In this document: piece after piece, positions 52,956 to 63,571 of the stretch
Position numbering within the stretch: the first letter of the stretch is position 1
How the letters are laid out: each line of letters opens with the position of its first letter
NCBI GenBank assembly: GCA_963796275.1
Contig: CAWCKY010000001.1
Location: 416,001-480,000 of the forward strand
Direction of reading: 5' to 3'
Source: an uncultured Acidobacteriota bacterium
GTDB taxonomy: Bacteria; Acidobacteriota; Blastocatellia; RBC074
Length of the DNA: 64,000 nt
Translations under genes and position numbers: made by a program
Notes under the pieces: model-generated
What the model was told of the DNA's origin: nothing
Seen by the model: the letters and a program-made list of their open reading frames with translations, nothing else
Databases searched by the model: none

Positions 52956-55900
52956 ATGCAGATAACCAAAGTCGAGATAAAAAATATCAAAAACCACGCG
53001 GAATCCGAGTTCACATTTCGACCAGGTGTGGTTGCGATCTGTGGACCCAACGGTTCGGGGAAGACGACGATCCTCGAGTCCGTCGCATGGGTGCTCTTCG
53101 ATCATCTCGACTATAAACGCGACGATTTTCTCAAACGCGGAACTAAGCGGGGGCAGGTAGCAGTCGGCTTCATCTCTGATATCGACGGACGCGAATACGT
53201 GGTGACCCGCGATACCGGTGGAGGTTATTTTGTCTATGACCCTGCGACGAAGACGCGGCTGGTCGAACAGAAGAATCAGGTAGTGCCATGGCTGAGGCAG
53301 CATATCGGGGTCGATCCGGGCACGGATCTGTCAGCGCTCTTTAAAACTACGATCGGCGTTCCCCAGGGAGCATTCACCTACGATTTCACCCTCGCACCAT
53401 CCAATCGCAAAAACATCTTCGATCAGGTCCTCAAAGTCGAAGAATACCGTGATGCCTCGGATAACCTGCGCGACACGATGCGACACCTCGAAGACCGTCT
53501 GGTTAATGTAGACAGACGACTCGCCGAAGCGGAGGGCGAACTTAAAGCCTATGACGAAGCGAAACGCGAGTATGGCGACACGGAACTGCGACTGAAGGCG
53601 CTGGAAGACGAACGGGAGAACGTAAATTCGGAGCGTGATCGGTTAACGCTCGAAGTCGAAGAGTTAAACGAGCTGCAAAAGAAGATAAACGTTCATGGGG
53701 GAGCGGTTGAGCGGCTGCGGGTGAAGTTCGATCTGACACGCGGCTCTCTCGCCACCGCCCAGGAAGCGGCAGAGCAGGCGCTCTCCGCCGCCAAGACCGT
53801 CGAAGCCGCGCGTCCCGGGTACGAAGAATATCTAGTAGCGATAAATCGATTGGTCGAACTCGAACGCCGGCGAGAAGCTCGTGATGCTCTGAGCAATCAG
53901 GTAGTAGCGATCGAGCGCGACCTGATCGAGGCGCGCAGCCACGCGCTGCGCAGCGAGGAGCGTTTGACTGAAATCGCCGACGCCCGCGCAAAGCTCTCGG
54001 GGCTTGCGCAAAAGGTCGAGGAGCAATGGGCAATCGAACAGAAGATCGCCGGCCTCCACGAAGGGCGCGGTGAACTGCAAAGCCTGAAGCGTTCGCTCGC
54101 CGCCCTCGATCGCGAGATGGATAAGCTCCGCGAGCGATACGCTGAGCTGGCGAAGCACATCGAAGCGGCGGAATCTCACGGCGAGTTGGCGGCGACCGCC
54201 AGATCGCTCGAACGGGAGCGGGCGCAGATCGATGATGAGATTACGCAGACGGAGCTGGCGGTCGGCAATTACCAGCTGAGGCGGGAGCATCTCGTGCGGT
54301 TGCATAAGGAGCTCGAACGCATGGCCCAGGAGCACGAGCGATATGCAAAAGAGATTGTGCGACTGAGCCAGCTCGTCCCGGTAGCCGCACGGCTCGCGCA
54401 ATCCGAAGTTCAGCAACAGACGGATACCGAAATCCTGGCTCATCTGCGCGCAGAGGTGGCTCGCGACGAGGAGATAATCTCCGCGCTGGAAAGCGGCGGA
54501 ATTTGCCCGCTTCTCTCCGAAAGATGTCTAAACCTTAAAAACGGTGAGTCGCTGGAAGGCCGGTTCCGTTCCGGTCTGGATTCACGGCGCCGGGAGATAG
54601 AGTCGCTTCATGTCGACTTGATCAGCCTCACTGAAGACGTGAAACGTTCGCGCGCAGTTGCTGCCGAGATATCTCGTCTTCCGCACCTGCAAACCGAATC
54701 GGTGCGTCTCACACAAGAGCTCGAAATCTGTCGCCGTCAGATCGCAAAAATCGAAGCGGAGATTCGGCCCGGCGCGAGCGCGAACGGGTCATCCATTTCA
54801 CAACTGAAGGCGAGACGCAGCGGGCTCGACCTGGAATTAAGCCGAGCGCGCGACGCCGAGCGCCTCATGAGCCAGGCGGAGGTATTGCGTGGCGAGTTGG
54901 GCGAAGTTACCAAGGCAGGTGAGCTGAAAAAGAGCGAGAGAGAAGAGATTGCCACGAGAATCGCCGGCTTGGGTGATATAGCTGCTGAGTTGGCAGAAGC
55001 CGAAACCTCGTTACGTGGGCTAGCCGATCCGCGCGGCCGATCGAACGCGCTCAGTCAGGTGGTCGCGCGCGAAGAAGAATGGCGAGGCGAGGCCGAAGAA
55101 GCCAAGCGCAAAGTTAAGGTCATCAGTGAGAACCTGGAGACAGTCATCGTCGAATTGAGCTCCTTCCTATCGCTCGACTCCGACATTGCCGCGTTTAATC
55201 AAAAACGCGCCCAAAACGAGCGGGATTATCAGAGTTATATCGCCAACGAAAAGATCGCCGCGACGGCTGCCGCGCGGGGCGCAGAAGTCTCGGCGCTCTC
55301 CGGCGAATTGCTGGAAACGGAGAATGCTCTAAGAACCCTGGTCGAAGAATTGGGAGAGTTCGAGACCCAATATAATGGGGAGCGGCACGCACGTGCGCAA
55401 ATGGAGCTCGAAGGATGGCGCGAGCGTGCCACACAAATCACTGCGCAACTCGAACACACGCAGGAGCATTACAGACGCCTCTCGACACAGCTCGCCTATC
55501 TCGATGAAGTCCGCGAGAAGATGCGCGAACACATCTCCGAGAAAGAGAAGACGCGCAGGTTGCGCGAGGCCGCCGATTTCATTCGAGACATACTGCAGAA
55601 GGCCGCACCCTATATTACCGAATCCTACCTCTTCACCATTTCGAATGAAGCGAATCAGCTATACCGTGAAATCACCGGCCGCTATGACATCACATTACAT
55701 TGGACGAAGGATTACGAGATAACACTCGAGGAAGAGGGCCGGGAGCGACCATTCCTGAATCTCTCCGGCGGTGAGCAGATGGCGGCGGCGCTTTCGATCC
55801 GTCTGGCAATGCTCAAAGAGCTGTCCGAAATCAACCTCGCTTTCTTCGACGAGCCAACCACAAATATGGACGAGGAGCGGCGGCGCAACCTGGCGCAGCA

Positions 55901-55991
55901 GATAGGACGCATCAAAGATTTCCATCAACTATTTGTGATCAGCCACGATGACAGCTTTGAAGAGTTCACCGATCAGATCATCACACTCTGA
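52956..55991 (+). CDS. SMC-family ATPase, SbcC/Rad50-like
   Basis: Walker A GPNGSGKTT, Q-loop VPQG, long coiled coil, central CPLLSERC hook, LSGGE signature, FFDEPT, ISHD. Confidence 0.92.
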   Translation: MQITKVEIKNIKNHAESEFTFRPGVVAICGPNGSGKTTILESVAWVLFDHLDYKRDDFLKRGTKRGQVAVGFISDIDGREYVVTRDTGGGYFVYDPATKTRLVEQKNQVVPWLRQHIGVDPGTDLSALFKTTIGVPQGAFTYDFTLAPSNRKNIFDQVLKVEEYRDASDNLRDTMRHLEDRLVNVDRRLAEAEGELKAYDEAKREYGDTELRLKALEDERENVNSERDRLTLEVEELNELQKKINVHGGAVERLRVKFDLTRGSLATAQEAAEQALSAAKTVEAARPGYEEYLVAINRLVELERRREARDALSNQVVAIERDLIEARSHALRSEERLTEIADARAKLSGLAQKVEEQWAIEQKIAGLHEGRGELQSLKRSLAALDREMDKLRERYAELAKHIEAAESHGELAATARSLERERAQIDDEITQTELAVGNYQLRREHLVRLHKELERMAQEHERYAKEIVRLSQLVPVAARLAQSEVQQQTDTEILAHLRAEVARDEEIISALESGGICPLLSERCLNLKNGESLEGRFRSGLDSRRREIESLHVDLISLTEDVKRSRAVAAEISRLPHLQTESVRLTQELEICRRQIAKIEAEIRPGASANGSSISQLKARRSGLDLELSRARDAERLMSQAEVLRGELGEVTKAGELKKSEREEIATRIAGLGDIAAELAEAETSLRGLADPRGRSNALSQVVAREEEWRGEAEEAKRKVKVISENLETVIVELSSFLSLDSDIAAFNQKRAQNERDYQSYIANEKIAATAAARGAEVSALSGELLETENALRTLVEELGEFETQYNGERHARAQMELEGWRERATQITAQLEHTQEHYRRLSTQLAYLDEVREKMREHISEKEKTRRLREAADFIRDILQKAAPYITESYLFTISNEANQLYREITGRYDITLHWTKDYEITLEEEGRERPFLNLSGGEQMAAALSIRLAMLKELSEINLAFFDEPTTNMDEERRRNLAQQIGRIKDFHQLFVISHDDSFEEFTDQIITL

Positions 55992-56101
55992 GAATCGGGA
56001 GACACAAAAATAAAAAGAAGCAAGAAGGACAGATGAATCTTACCCTTCTTGCCTCTTTATCGATCCCCCATAAGGAGATCGGTCATCTCATCGATACTTC
56101 A

Positions 56102-58395
56102 TCAATTGCCGATTTTGAGAATAAAAGCATCGAGATGGCGGCCGGAGCTCGAATAGGGCGTAAGATCAGTCTGGAACGCCCCCGGTGTGGAGGGGAAGTT
56201 ATCAGAGATAGTCCATCCAGCCACATAGGCATTGCCAGAACTGTCGATGTCGATGGCAGTGCCGCGATCAATGCAACTCCCGCCGATAAAGGTGGAATAG
56301 ACCAGGCTAGAACCCGACGCGTTGAGCTTGGCGATGATAACGTCTGCGAGGGGATCAGGGGAGATAAAGACTTTGCACGGCCCACCCGGATTCAGTACCG
56401 GCTGTATGGCGTTTACCGTCGGGAAGTCGGCCGATTCTGTACCACCGGTGATGTAGGCATTGCCTTGCGCATCAACCTTTAAATCCCCGGCTAATTCGAA
56501 AGAGCTTCCGCCCAGATAGGTCGAATAGAGGATCGCCGACCCGGTCCGGTTCAGCTTGCCCACAAAGAGATCGGCGGTCCCAGAGAGTGTGGATTTCAGG
56601 GGAGCGACCGTCGGAAAGTTGGGCGAGTGGGTCCGCCCCAGCAGATAGACATTACCTGCCTGATCCCGGCTGATAGCATTGCCAAAATCGTTGCTACTAC
56701 CGCCGAGGTAGGTCGAAAAGACGAGAGCACCGATAGCATTAAACTTCGCCACGAAAGCATCATGAGCGGTGCTGGAGTTGAAGGTCCCAGGGCCGGCGTT
56801 TGCCGCTTGCAGCGGATTGGCCGTCGGAAAATCGTTTGAACCGGTTACGCCGATTACATAGATATCTCCGTTTCCGTCTATCGCCAGGTCTTGAGCGTCG
56901 TCGCCCCGGCTGCCGCCCAGGTAGGTGGAGAAGACGAGCGCCGATCCGTCGCCTTTCAACTTGGTCACGAAGGCATCCTCGTCCCCAACATAGGGGAGTC
57001 GTATACAGGGGAATGGGAACCCTGACACGGAGTAACTATACTGGGGGCATGGGCCGGTTGGAATGCGTTGACTGTCGGGAAGTTGGTCGAGGCAGTGAGG
57101 CCGGTAATCAAGATATCGCCCTCACTATCGAGCTTCAGGCTCACGTTTTTATCGATGCCGCCGCCGCCGAGATAGGTGGAGAAGATGAGGGCCGATCCGT
57201 TGCCATTCAACTTGGCCACAAAGACATCCGCGAGGCCGGCACGGGCCGGCTGGAGCGGATTGACTGTCGGGAAGTTGTCTGACCCAGTCAAACCTGCTAC
57301 ATAAATGTTTCCCGCTTCAGCCAGAGCGATGTCAGTGCCCGATTCAATGCTGTTGCCGCCGAGAAAGGTCGAGAAGACGAGGTCCGAACCATTCGGGTTG
57401 AGTTTGACTACGAAGGCATCCTGCGAACCAGATCTTCCACCCTGCATGGGATTCTTTGTCGGGAAATCCACCGAGTAGGTGTATCCCGAAACATAGGCGT
57501 TTCCGGCTGCATCCACCGCGATGCCCTCAGATTCTTCGTTATCGTTACCGCCGAGAAATGTGGCGTAGCTCAGCACCGGATCGATCACCAGCGGCAGCGA
57601 ACGATCGAACTGCCCAATCGTGAAACTTACCTCTCCGTTCTGGGCCAGCAAGTATTGACTGGCTATCTCCTGTCTGCGGCCATTCACTTCCTGATAGGTT
57701 ACCGGTTTGGTCTGTCGCACCTCGGCGCCGCCGGTCTTCAAAACCAGGTCCCCCCGGTCGTCCACTCGTAACTGCTCGACACCGTCGAAATCGAGCTTGA
57801 TGGTGTTCGGGTCTGCGCCCGGCGCTACCACGAAATCGTATTCGAGCTGCTGCTGATTGCCGTAGTAGACCAGATCGATACCGGGATAGACGCTTCGATA
57901 TCGTACCTTTTCGTAGTTCGCGACGTTCTGCCGCCATTTGGCCGGATCGTTGCCGATCAGATAGTTGCTTTTACCCGGGAGCGCATCCGCTCCTTCAAGC
58001 TGCGGCTCGGGATTGGCGCCGGCGAATTTCATCCGCACTACCGATTGACGCCCGGCATCGGTCTTCGAACTTCTGTAGCTCAAAGCCAGCACGGCTTCGG
58101 CCTGAGTCAAGTAGAGGTTGTATCCGCTGCCGCGCGAGAGAAATTTGACCTGAGCGTCGGTCTGGCCCGCATTAGCCTCGAACCTCAAGGGCAATTTGCC
58201 GTACGCTTCACGGGCGCGGGTTCTGTTACGCTCTTCGACGACCGGCACAGGCCGGGCTTTGAGCAACTCTTCGGATGGTATTCGTGGCGGAAGCGGGCTG
58301 TTGTTTATGTCGATAGACCTATCGATACTGAATATTCCAGTCAGGATCAATGCAACTGAGATAGTGAGTCGAAACGAGTTCCCAGCATTCGTCAT
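56102..58395 (-). CDS. Secreted SBBP-repeat beta-propeller protein (copy 1); apparent 1-base deletion near 57020-57022
   Basis: YGKLPLRFEANAGQTD N-domain; repeated STYLGG..IAVD..GN.YV.G.T.S.DFPT; split into ORFs 56965-58395 and 56102-57028. Confidence 0.88.
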
Positions 58396-58678
58396 GGAGC
58401 CTCCTTGGCGTGAGTGAAATTATGGTGGACAGACAAAATACTGCCGTTCAGAGTTTAGGCTTCAAATATGAGTGCAGATATTTGCAGAATATGTTGTGAT
58501 CCTGGTCGAAGAAATGGGAGAATTCAGGGATCAAATGATGGGGAGAGAGGGACGTACGGGCACAAATGGAGCTCGAAAAAACAAAGAAGCAAAAAGGACA
58601 AAATATCCTGGAATTTGTGTCCTTTTTGCTCCTGTAGCTATCGCCAATAATAAAATTGGTCACTTCATCGGCACTTCG

Positions 58679-60970
58679 TCAATTGCCAATTTTGAGAATA
58701 AAAGCATCGAGCGCGCTTGAAAAGGCCGGGTGCTTATTGTCAGTCTGGAAGGCTCCCGGTGTGACGGGGAAGTTGTCAGAGATAGTCGATCCGGCCACAT
58801 AGGCATTGCCAGAACTGTCGATGTCGATGGCAGTGCCGCGATCAATGCAATTCCCGCCGATAAAGGTGGAATAGACCAGGCTAGAACCCGACGCGTTGAG
58901 CTTGGCGACGATAACGTCTGCGAGGGGACTACTGGAGCTGAAGGTTTTGCACGGCCCCCCCGGATTCAGTACCGACTGTATGGCGTTTACCGTCGGGAAG
59001 TCGGTCGATTCGGTATAACCGATGATATAGGCATTTCCTTGCGCATCAACCTTCAAATCCTCGGCTTCTTCGACAGAGCTTCCACCCAGATAGGTCGAAT
59101 AGAGGATCGCCGACCCGGTCCGGTTCAGCTTGGCCACAAAGAGATCGGAGCTCCCCGAGAGTGTGGATTTCAGAGGGGCGACCGTCGGAAAGTCGGGCGA
59201 GTGAGCCCGCCCCAGCAGATAGACATTACCTGCCTGATCCAGGCTGATAGCATTGCCGAAATCGTTGGAATTACCTCCTAAGTAAGTCGAATAGACGAGA
59301 GCGCCGTTAGCATTAAACTTCGTCACGAAAGCATCATAGGCGGTGTTGTTGGCGAAGGTCTCGGGTCCGGCTTTTGCCGCTTGCAGCGGATTGGCCGTCG
59401 GAAAATCGGTTGAGCCGGTTACGCCAACTACATAGATATCTCCGTTTCCGTCTATCGCCAGGTCATGAGCGTCGTCGCCACGGCTGCCGCCCAGGTAGGT
59501 GGAGAAGACGAGGGCCGATCCGTCGCCATTCAACTTGGCCACGAAGGCATCCTCATCTCCATCATAGGGCAAGCGTACACATCCCGGTATTAACGGTAAA
59601 CATGGGGAAAGGATAGTGGGGGCATGGGCCGGTTGGAATGCGTTGACTACCGGGAAGTTGGTCGAGTCGGTGATGCCGGTAATCAAGATGTCGCCCTCAC
59701 TAGCGAGCTTCAGGCTCGCATTTCTATCGAAGCCGCCGCCGCCGAGATAGGTGGAGAAGATGAGTGCAGACCCGTTGCCATTCAACTTGGCCACAAAGAC
59801 ATCCCCAGTGCCGGCACGGGCCGGCTGGAGCGGATTGACCGTCGGGAAGTTGTCTGAAACAGTCAAACCCGCCACGTAAATGTTTCCTCCTTCATCCAGA
59901 GCGATGTCAGTGTCCGATTCAATGCTGTTGCCGCCGAGATAGGTGGAGAAGACGAGGTCCGAACCGTTCGAGTTGAGTTTGACTACGAAGGCATCCTGCG
60001 AACCAGCTCTTTCAGCCTGCATGGGATTCTTTGTCGGGAAATCCACCGAATAGGTGTATCCCGAGACATAGGCGTTTCCGGCTGCATCCACCGCGATGCC
60101 CTCAGGGTTATCGTCATCGTTACCGCCGAGAAATGTGGAGTATACCAGCACCGGATCGATCACCAGCGGCAGCGAGCGATCGAACTGCCCGATCGTGAAA
60201 CTTACCTCTCCGTTCTGGGCCAGCAAGTATTGACTGGCTATCTCCTGCCTGCGGCCATTCACTTCCTGATAGGTTACCGGTTTGGTCTGTCGCATCTCGG
60301 CGCCGCCGGTATTCAAAACCAGATCTCCCTGGTCGTCCACTCGTATCTGCTCGACACCGTCGAAATCGAGCTTGATGGCATTCGGGTCCGCGCCCGGCGC
60401 TATCACGAAATCGTATTCGAGCTGCCGCTGATTGCCGTAGTAGACCAGATCGATACCGGGATAGACGCTTCGATATCGTACCTTTTCGTAGTTCGACACG
60501 TTCTGCCGCCATTTACTCGGATCGTTGCCGATCAGATAGTTGCTTTTGCCCGGGAGCGCATCCGCTCCTTCAAGCTGCGGCTCGGGATTGGCGCCGGCGA
60601 ATTTCATCCGCACTACCGATTGACGCCCGGCGTCGGCCTTCGAACTTCTGTTGCTCAATGTCAGCACGGCTTCGGCCTGAGTCAAGTAGAGGTTGTATCC
60701 GCTGCCGCGCGAGAGAAATTTGACCTGAGCGTCGGTCTGACCCGCATTTGCCTCGAACCTCAAGGGCAATTTGCCGTACGCTTCACGGACGCGGGTTCTG
60801 TTACGCTCTTCGACGACCGGCACAGGCCGGGCTTTGAGCAACTCTTCGGATGGTATTCGTGGCAGAAGCAGACTGTTGGATGCTTTGATAGACCTATCGA
60901 TACTGAATATCCCAGTCAGGGTCAATGCAATTGAGATAGTGAGTCGAACCGAGTTCCCAGCATTTGTCAT
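58679..60970 (-). CDS. Secreted SBBP-repeat beta-propeller protein (copy 2, intact)
   Basis: Same architecture as copy 1; AAGGAGG RBS before the ATG at 60970. Confidence 0.92.
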   Translation of the reverse strand: MTNAGNSVRLTISIALTLTGIFSIDRSIKASNSLLLPRIPSEELLKARPVPVVEERNRTRVREAYGKLPLRFEANAGQTDAQVKFLSRGSGYNLYLTQAEAVLTLSNRSSKADAGRQSVVRMKFAGANPEPQLEGADALPGKSNYLIGNDPSKWRQNVSNYEKVRYRSVYPGIDLVYYGNQRQLEYDFVIAPGADPNAIKLDFDGVEQIRVDDQGDLVLNTGGAEMRQTKPVTYQEVNGRRQEIASQYLLAQNGEVSFTIGQFDRSLPLVIDPVLVYSTFLGGNDDDNPEGIAVDAAGNAYVSGYTYSVDFPTKNPMQAERAGSQDAFVVKLNSNGSDLVFSTYLGGNSIESDTDIALDEGGNIYVAGLTVSDNFPTVNPLQPARAGTGDVFVAKLNGNGSALIFSTYLGGGGFDRNASLKLASEGDILITGITDSTNFPVVNAFQPAHAPTILSPCLPLIPGCVRLPYDGDEDAFVAKLNGDGSALVFSTYLGGSRGDDAHDLAIDGNGDIYVVGVTGSTDFPTANPLQAAKAGPETFANNTAYDAFVTKFNANGALVYSTYLGGNSNDFGNAISLDQAGNVYLLGRAHSPDFPTVAPLKSTLSGSSDLFVAKLNRTGSAILYSTYLGGSSVEEAEDLKVDAQGNAYIIGYTESTDFPTVNAIQSVLNPGGPCKTFSSSSPLADVIVAKLNASGSSLVYSTFIGGNCIDRGTAIDIDSSGNAYVAGSTISDNFPVTPGAFQTDNKHPAFSSALDAFILKIGN

Positions 60971-61192
60971 GGAGCCTCCTTGGCGGTGAGTGAAATTATG
61001 GTGGACAGACAAAATACTGCCGTTCAGAGTTTAGGCTTCAAAGCTGAGTGCGGGAATTTGCAGAATGTGTCGTGGAAATATTTGGTATTCTTCTTATTAT
61101 TACAGGGGCACGACTGAAATTACCGAGCGGATAGACAGTTACAGCCGTAACCCTACATCAAAAACTCTCTGGCGTGAGACGATTGGCATTCC

Positions 61193-61972
61193 CTATCGAT
61201 CCGGGGGGCCGCCCACAGGATACTGCTCCATATCGACCACAGAGCCGGTGATGCATTCGCTCTCGTCGCTCGCAAAATAGACTGCCGCAAGGGCAATATC
61301 GCGCGGCGACAATAGCCGGCCCCACGGACGGGTCTTGACAGCTTTCTCATGCCAGTCATCACCTTTGAGCTCGACCTCGGTTTTGACGCGATGTTCGTTG
61401 GGAGTAAGAGTCCAACCGACGTTCAGTTGATAAACGCGTATGCGATATCTGTTGAGGTAGCTCGCCAGATTTTTGGTAAGGGTCATAAGCGCGCCCTTTG
61501 ATGCCGAGTAGGCCATCAACTTGGACTCGCCGATATATGAGTTGACTGAGCCGATGTTGATAATCGAGCCGCGTTGTCGGTCTTTCATATAACGCACGGC
61601 CTGCTGAGTGCAGATGAACGCGCTGCGGACGTTGATCGCGAATACACTATCCCACATCTCGACGCTCGTATCCTCGATGTTACCGCGTGCGCTCCAGCCG
61701 ACGTTGTTGACGAGCACATCGATCTGACCAAAATGTTCGATGGTCCTATCGATAAGTGCGCGGCATTCGGCTTCAATCGAGACATCGGCACGCTGGAAAA
61801 TCGCTTCTCCTCCCTGCTCATTTATGCTCGCGGCGACAGATTTGCCGGTCTCTTCGTTGCGATTGGAGATAACCACTCTCGCGCCTTCCTCAGCGAAAAG
61901 CCGCGCTATACCTTCCCCCATCCCCTGGCCGGAGCCGGTGATAACCGCGATTTTGTCTTGCAATCTTTTCAT
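61193..61972 (-). CDS. Short-chain dehydrogenase/reductase
   Basis: ITGSGQGMG, VLVNNVG, IINIGS, YSASK. Confidence 0.93.
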   Translation of the reverse strand: MKRLQDKIAVITGSGQGMGEGIARLFAEEGARVVISNRNEETGKSVAASINEQGGEAIFQRADVSIEAECRALIDRTIEHFGQIDVLVNNVGWSARGNIEDTSVEMWDSVFAINVRSAFICTQQAVRYMKDRQRGSIINIGSVNSYIGESKLMAYSASKGALMTLTKNLASYLNRYRIRVYQLNVGWTLTPNEHRVKTEVELKGDDWHEKAVKTRPWGRLLSPRDIALAAVYFASDESECITGSVVDMEQYPVGGPPDR

Positions 61973-62038
61973 TTTATTTAAACCACAAAGGCACACCCTT
62001 TACATTTGCGCTGACAGACGTGCCTTTTAGCGCTCCTT

Positions 62039-62926
62039 TCAGGCACTGCCAAAATGCTGCGCGATCTTCGCTCGTAAAAATTTCACTGACTCACGCAATT
62101 CATCCATGCCGTTCTCGCCGTCTTCAATAGAAATCCAGCCATCAAAACCTTCCTTACGCAGGGTAGAAAAGATCGCATCGTAATCGTTCAGCCCTTTGCC
62201 GATAACGCCGTGCTTGAGATTCTTCGCATAGCCCAGCTTGCCTTCCTGATTTTTCAGATCCGCTATTGTGCCGCTGATAAGATAACGGTCGGACGCGTGC
62301 ATTGAAACGACCCGATGTTTAACGGCGGACAGTAATTCCAGGGGGTCTTCGCCCGCAATAATCGCATTCGATGGATCGTAGTTTACGCCAAACCACCGAG
62401 AATCGATCTGGTTGATGATTTCGATGAAAACATCCGATTGCTGCGCGAATTCAGGGAAACGCCAGTAGCCATCCTTGTAATGATTTTCCATATTGAGAAT
62501 GACATTACGCTCGGCGGCGAATGGAATCAGGGAATTTATCGATTCGACAGTCCAGCGCACGCCATCTGCCCGCGAAACATCATCGCGACGCTGTCCTGAC
62601 AGCACTCGGCAGAATCCCCCGCCGAGCTGCGCCGTGATATCGATGATATGTTTCTCTTTCTCGATCTCGGTTTGGCGAGCCGCGGGATCAGGTTGAGTGA
62701 AATCGGGTGAAGCACACATCATCGGGGCTTCGAGATTTTTAGATTTCAGATGCCCTCTGATTTTCTCCAGGTAACCAGGCTCGAAGTTCTCAAAAAAGCC
62801 CGGATACATCTCGACGCCATCGACGCCGAGCGTTGAGGCCAGATCGATCCAATCGAAGAGCGTCATCGCCTTCGTGACGCAGAGTTCATCCATGTAACAT
62901 TTCGGAAAAGCGCTAAGTTTGGGCAT
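62039..62926 (-). CDS. Sugar phosphate isomerase/epimerase (xylose-isomerase-like TIM barrel)
   Basis: DGVE, MENHYK, VNYDPSN, HASD, FDGWISIED; AGGAG RBS. Confidence 0.88.
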   Translation of the reverse strand: MPKLSAFPKCYMDELCVTKAMTLFDWIDLASTLGVDGVEMYPGFFENFEPGYLEKIRGHLKSKNLEAPMMCASPDFTQPDPAARQTEIEKEKHIIDITAQLGGGFCRVLSGQRRDDVSRADGVRWTVESINSLIPFAAERNVILNMENHYKDGYWRFPEFAQQSDVFIEIINQIDSRWFGVNYDPSNAIIAGEDPLELLSAVKHRVVSMHASDRYLISGTIADLKNQEGKLGYAKNLKHGVIGKGLNDYDAIFSTLRKEGFDGWISIEDGENGMDELRESVKFLRAKIAQHFGSA

Positions 62927-62980
62927 TCTGGATTGAAACAATCTCCTTTCAAGACATTTTGGCAATCTATTCGGTAGCAT

Positions 62981-63571
62981 TCATCTAGTAATTTCTTCCA
63001 GGTGCACATAACATTTGTTTAGACTATTGGAAATCTCGCGAGCGTTTGTGATGCTCCAGTCTTCCTGGATGAATCGAACCATTTCAGAGGTATACAACTT
63101 GCCTACCTGTGCTGTTGATCCAGCATCGGGGACCAGCGCCTCTCGAATGCTTTTGCTGCGGGAGGAGCGAGCTATATTGATTAAGGCAAGTTTTGGATCG
63201 TTGAGTTGTTCTGGGTCTGAAGGAATTTTCGTCGTGCTTATTGCCAGGAAGCTTGCTAGGTTTTCTCTATCAGCGAGTAGCCAGCTTTCCAATTCTCGTA
63301 CGACTACACGAAACAACAGACCTTCGCGGCGATGGGGAATCCATCGAGATACAACCTCGGATGGGCAGGGTAGCCCTGTGTCCATGTGGTCAACCAGGAC
63401 TAGATAGTTCGAATTTACTGAAGCCTTATTGAAACCTCGTACTTTATTCTTAATATAAGGAAATCCTTGTTTACCGTAACAGGTTCCGGGAGTATGACCT
63501 GCTTCTTTAATGAGGCGACTCGCCGCTGCTTCATCCATTAGTCCTTCAACGAGTGTGTGTATGAGTGCCAT
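62981..63571 (-). CDS. DUF4276-like (TOPRIM-like) protein
   Basis: VEGLMDE, VLVDHMD..CP, ELESWLLAD, DPK, SNSL..C; overlaps the 3' end of the AAA ATPase. Confidence 0.75.
   Translation of the reverse strand: MALIHTLVEGLMDEAAASRLIKEAGHTPGTCYGKQGFPYIKNKVRGFNKASVNSNYLVLVDHMDTGLPCPSEVVSRWIPHRREGLLFRVVVRELESWLLADRENLASFLAISTTKIPSDPEQLNDPKLALINIARSSRSKSIREALVPDAGSTAQVGKLYTSEMVRFIQEDWSITNAREISNSLNKCYVHLEEITR

Larger units (their letters stand above)
56080..61075. repeat. Tandem duplication of about 2.5 kb (about 56080-58500 and 58658-61075), including promoter/UTR
   Basis: Near-identical coding and upstream sequence (gagtgaaattatggtggacagacaaaatactgccgttcagagtttaggcttcaaa in both). Confidence 0.95.

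Noticed and set aside
56102-60970. Diversity-generating retroelement TR/VR pair
   Set aside because: Whole genes with promoters are duplicated, substitutions are not adenine-specific, and there is no reverse transcriptase in the window
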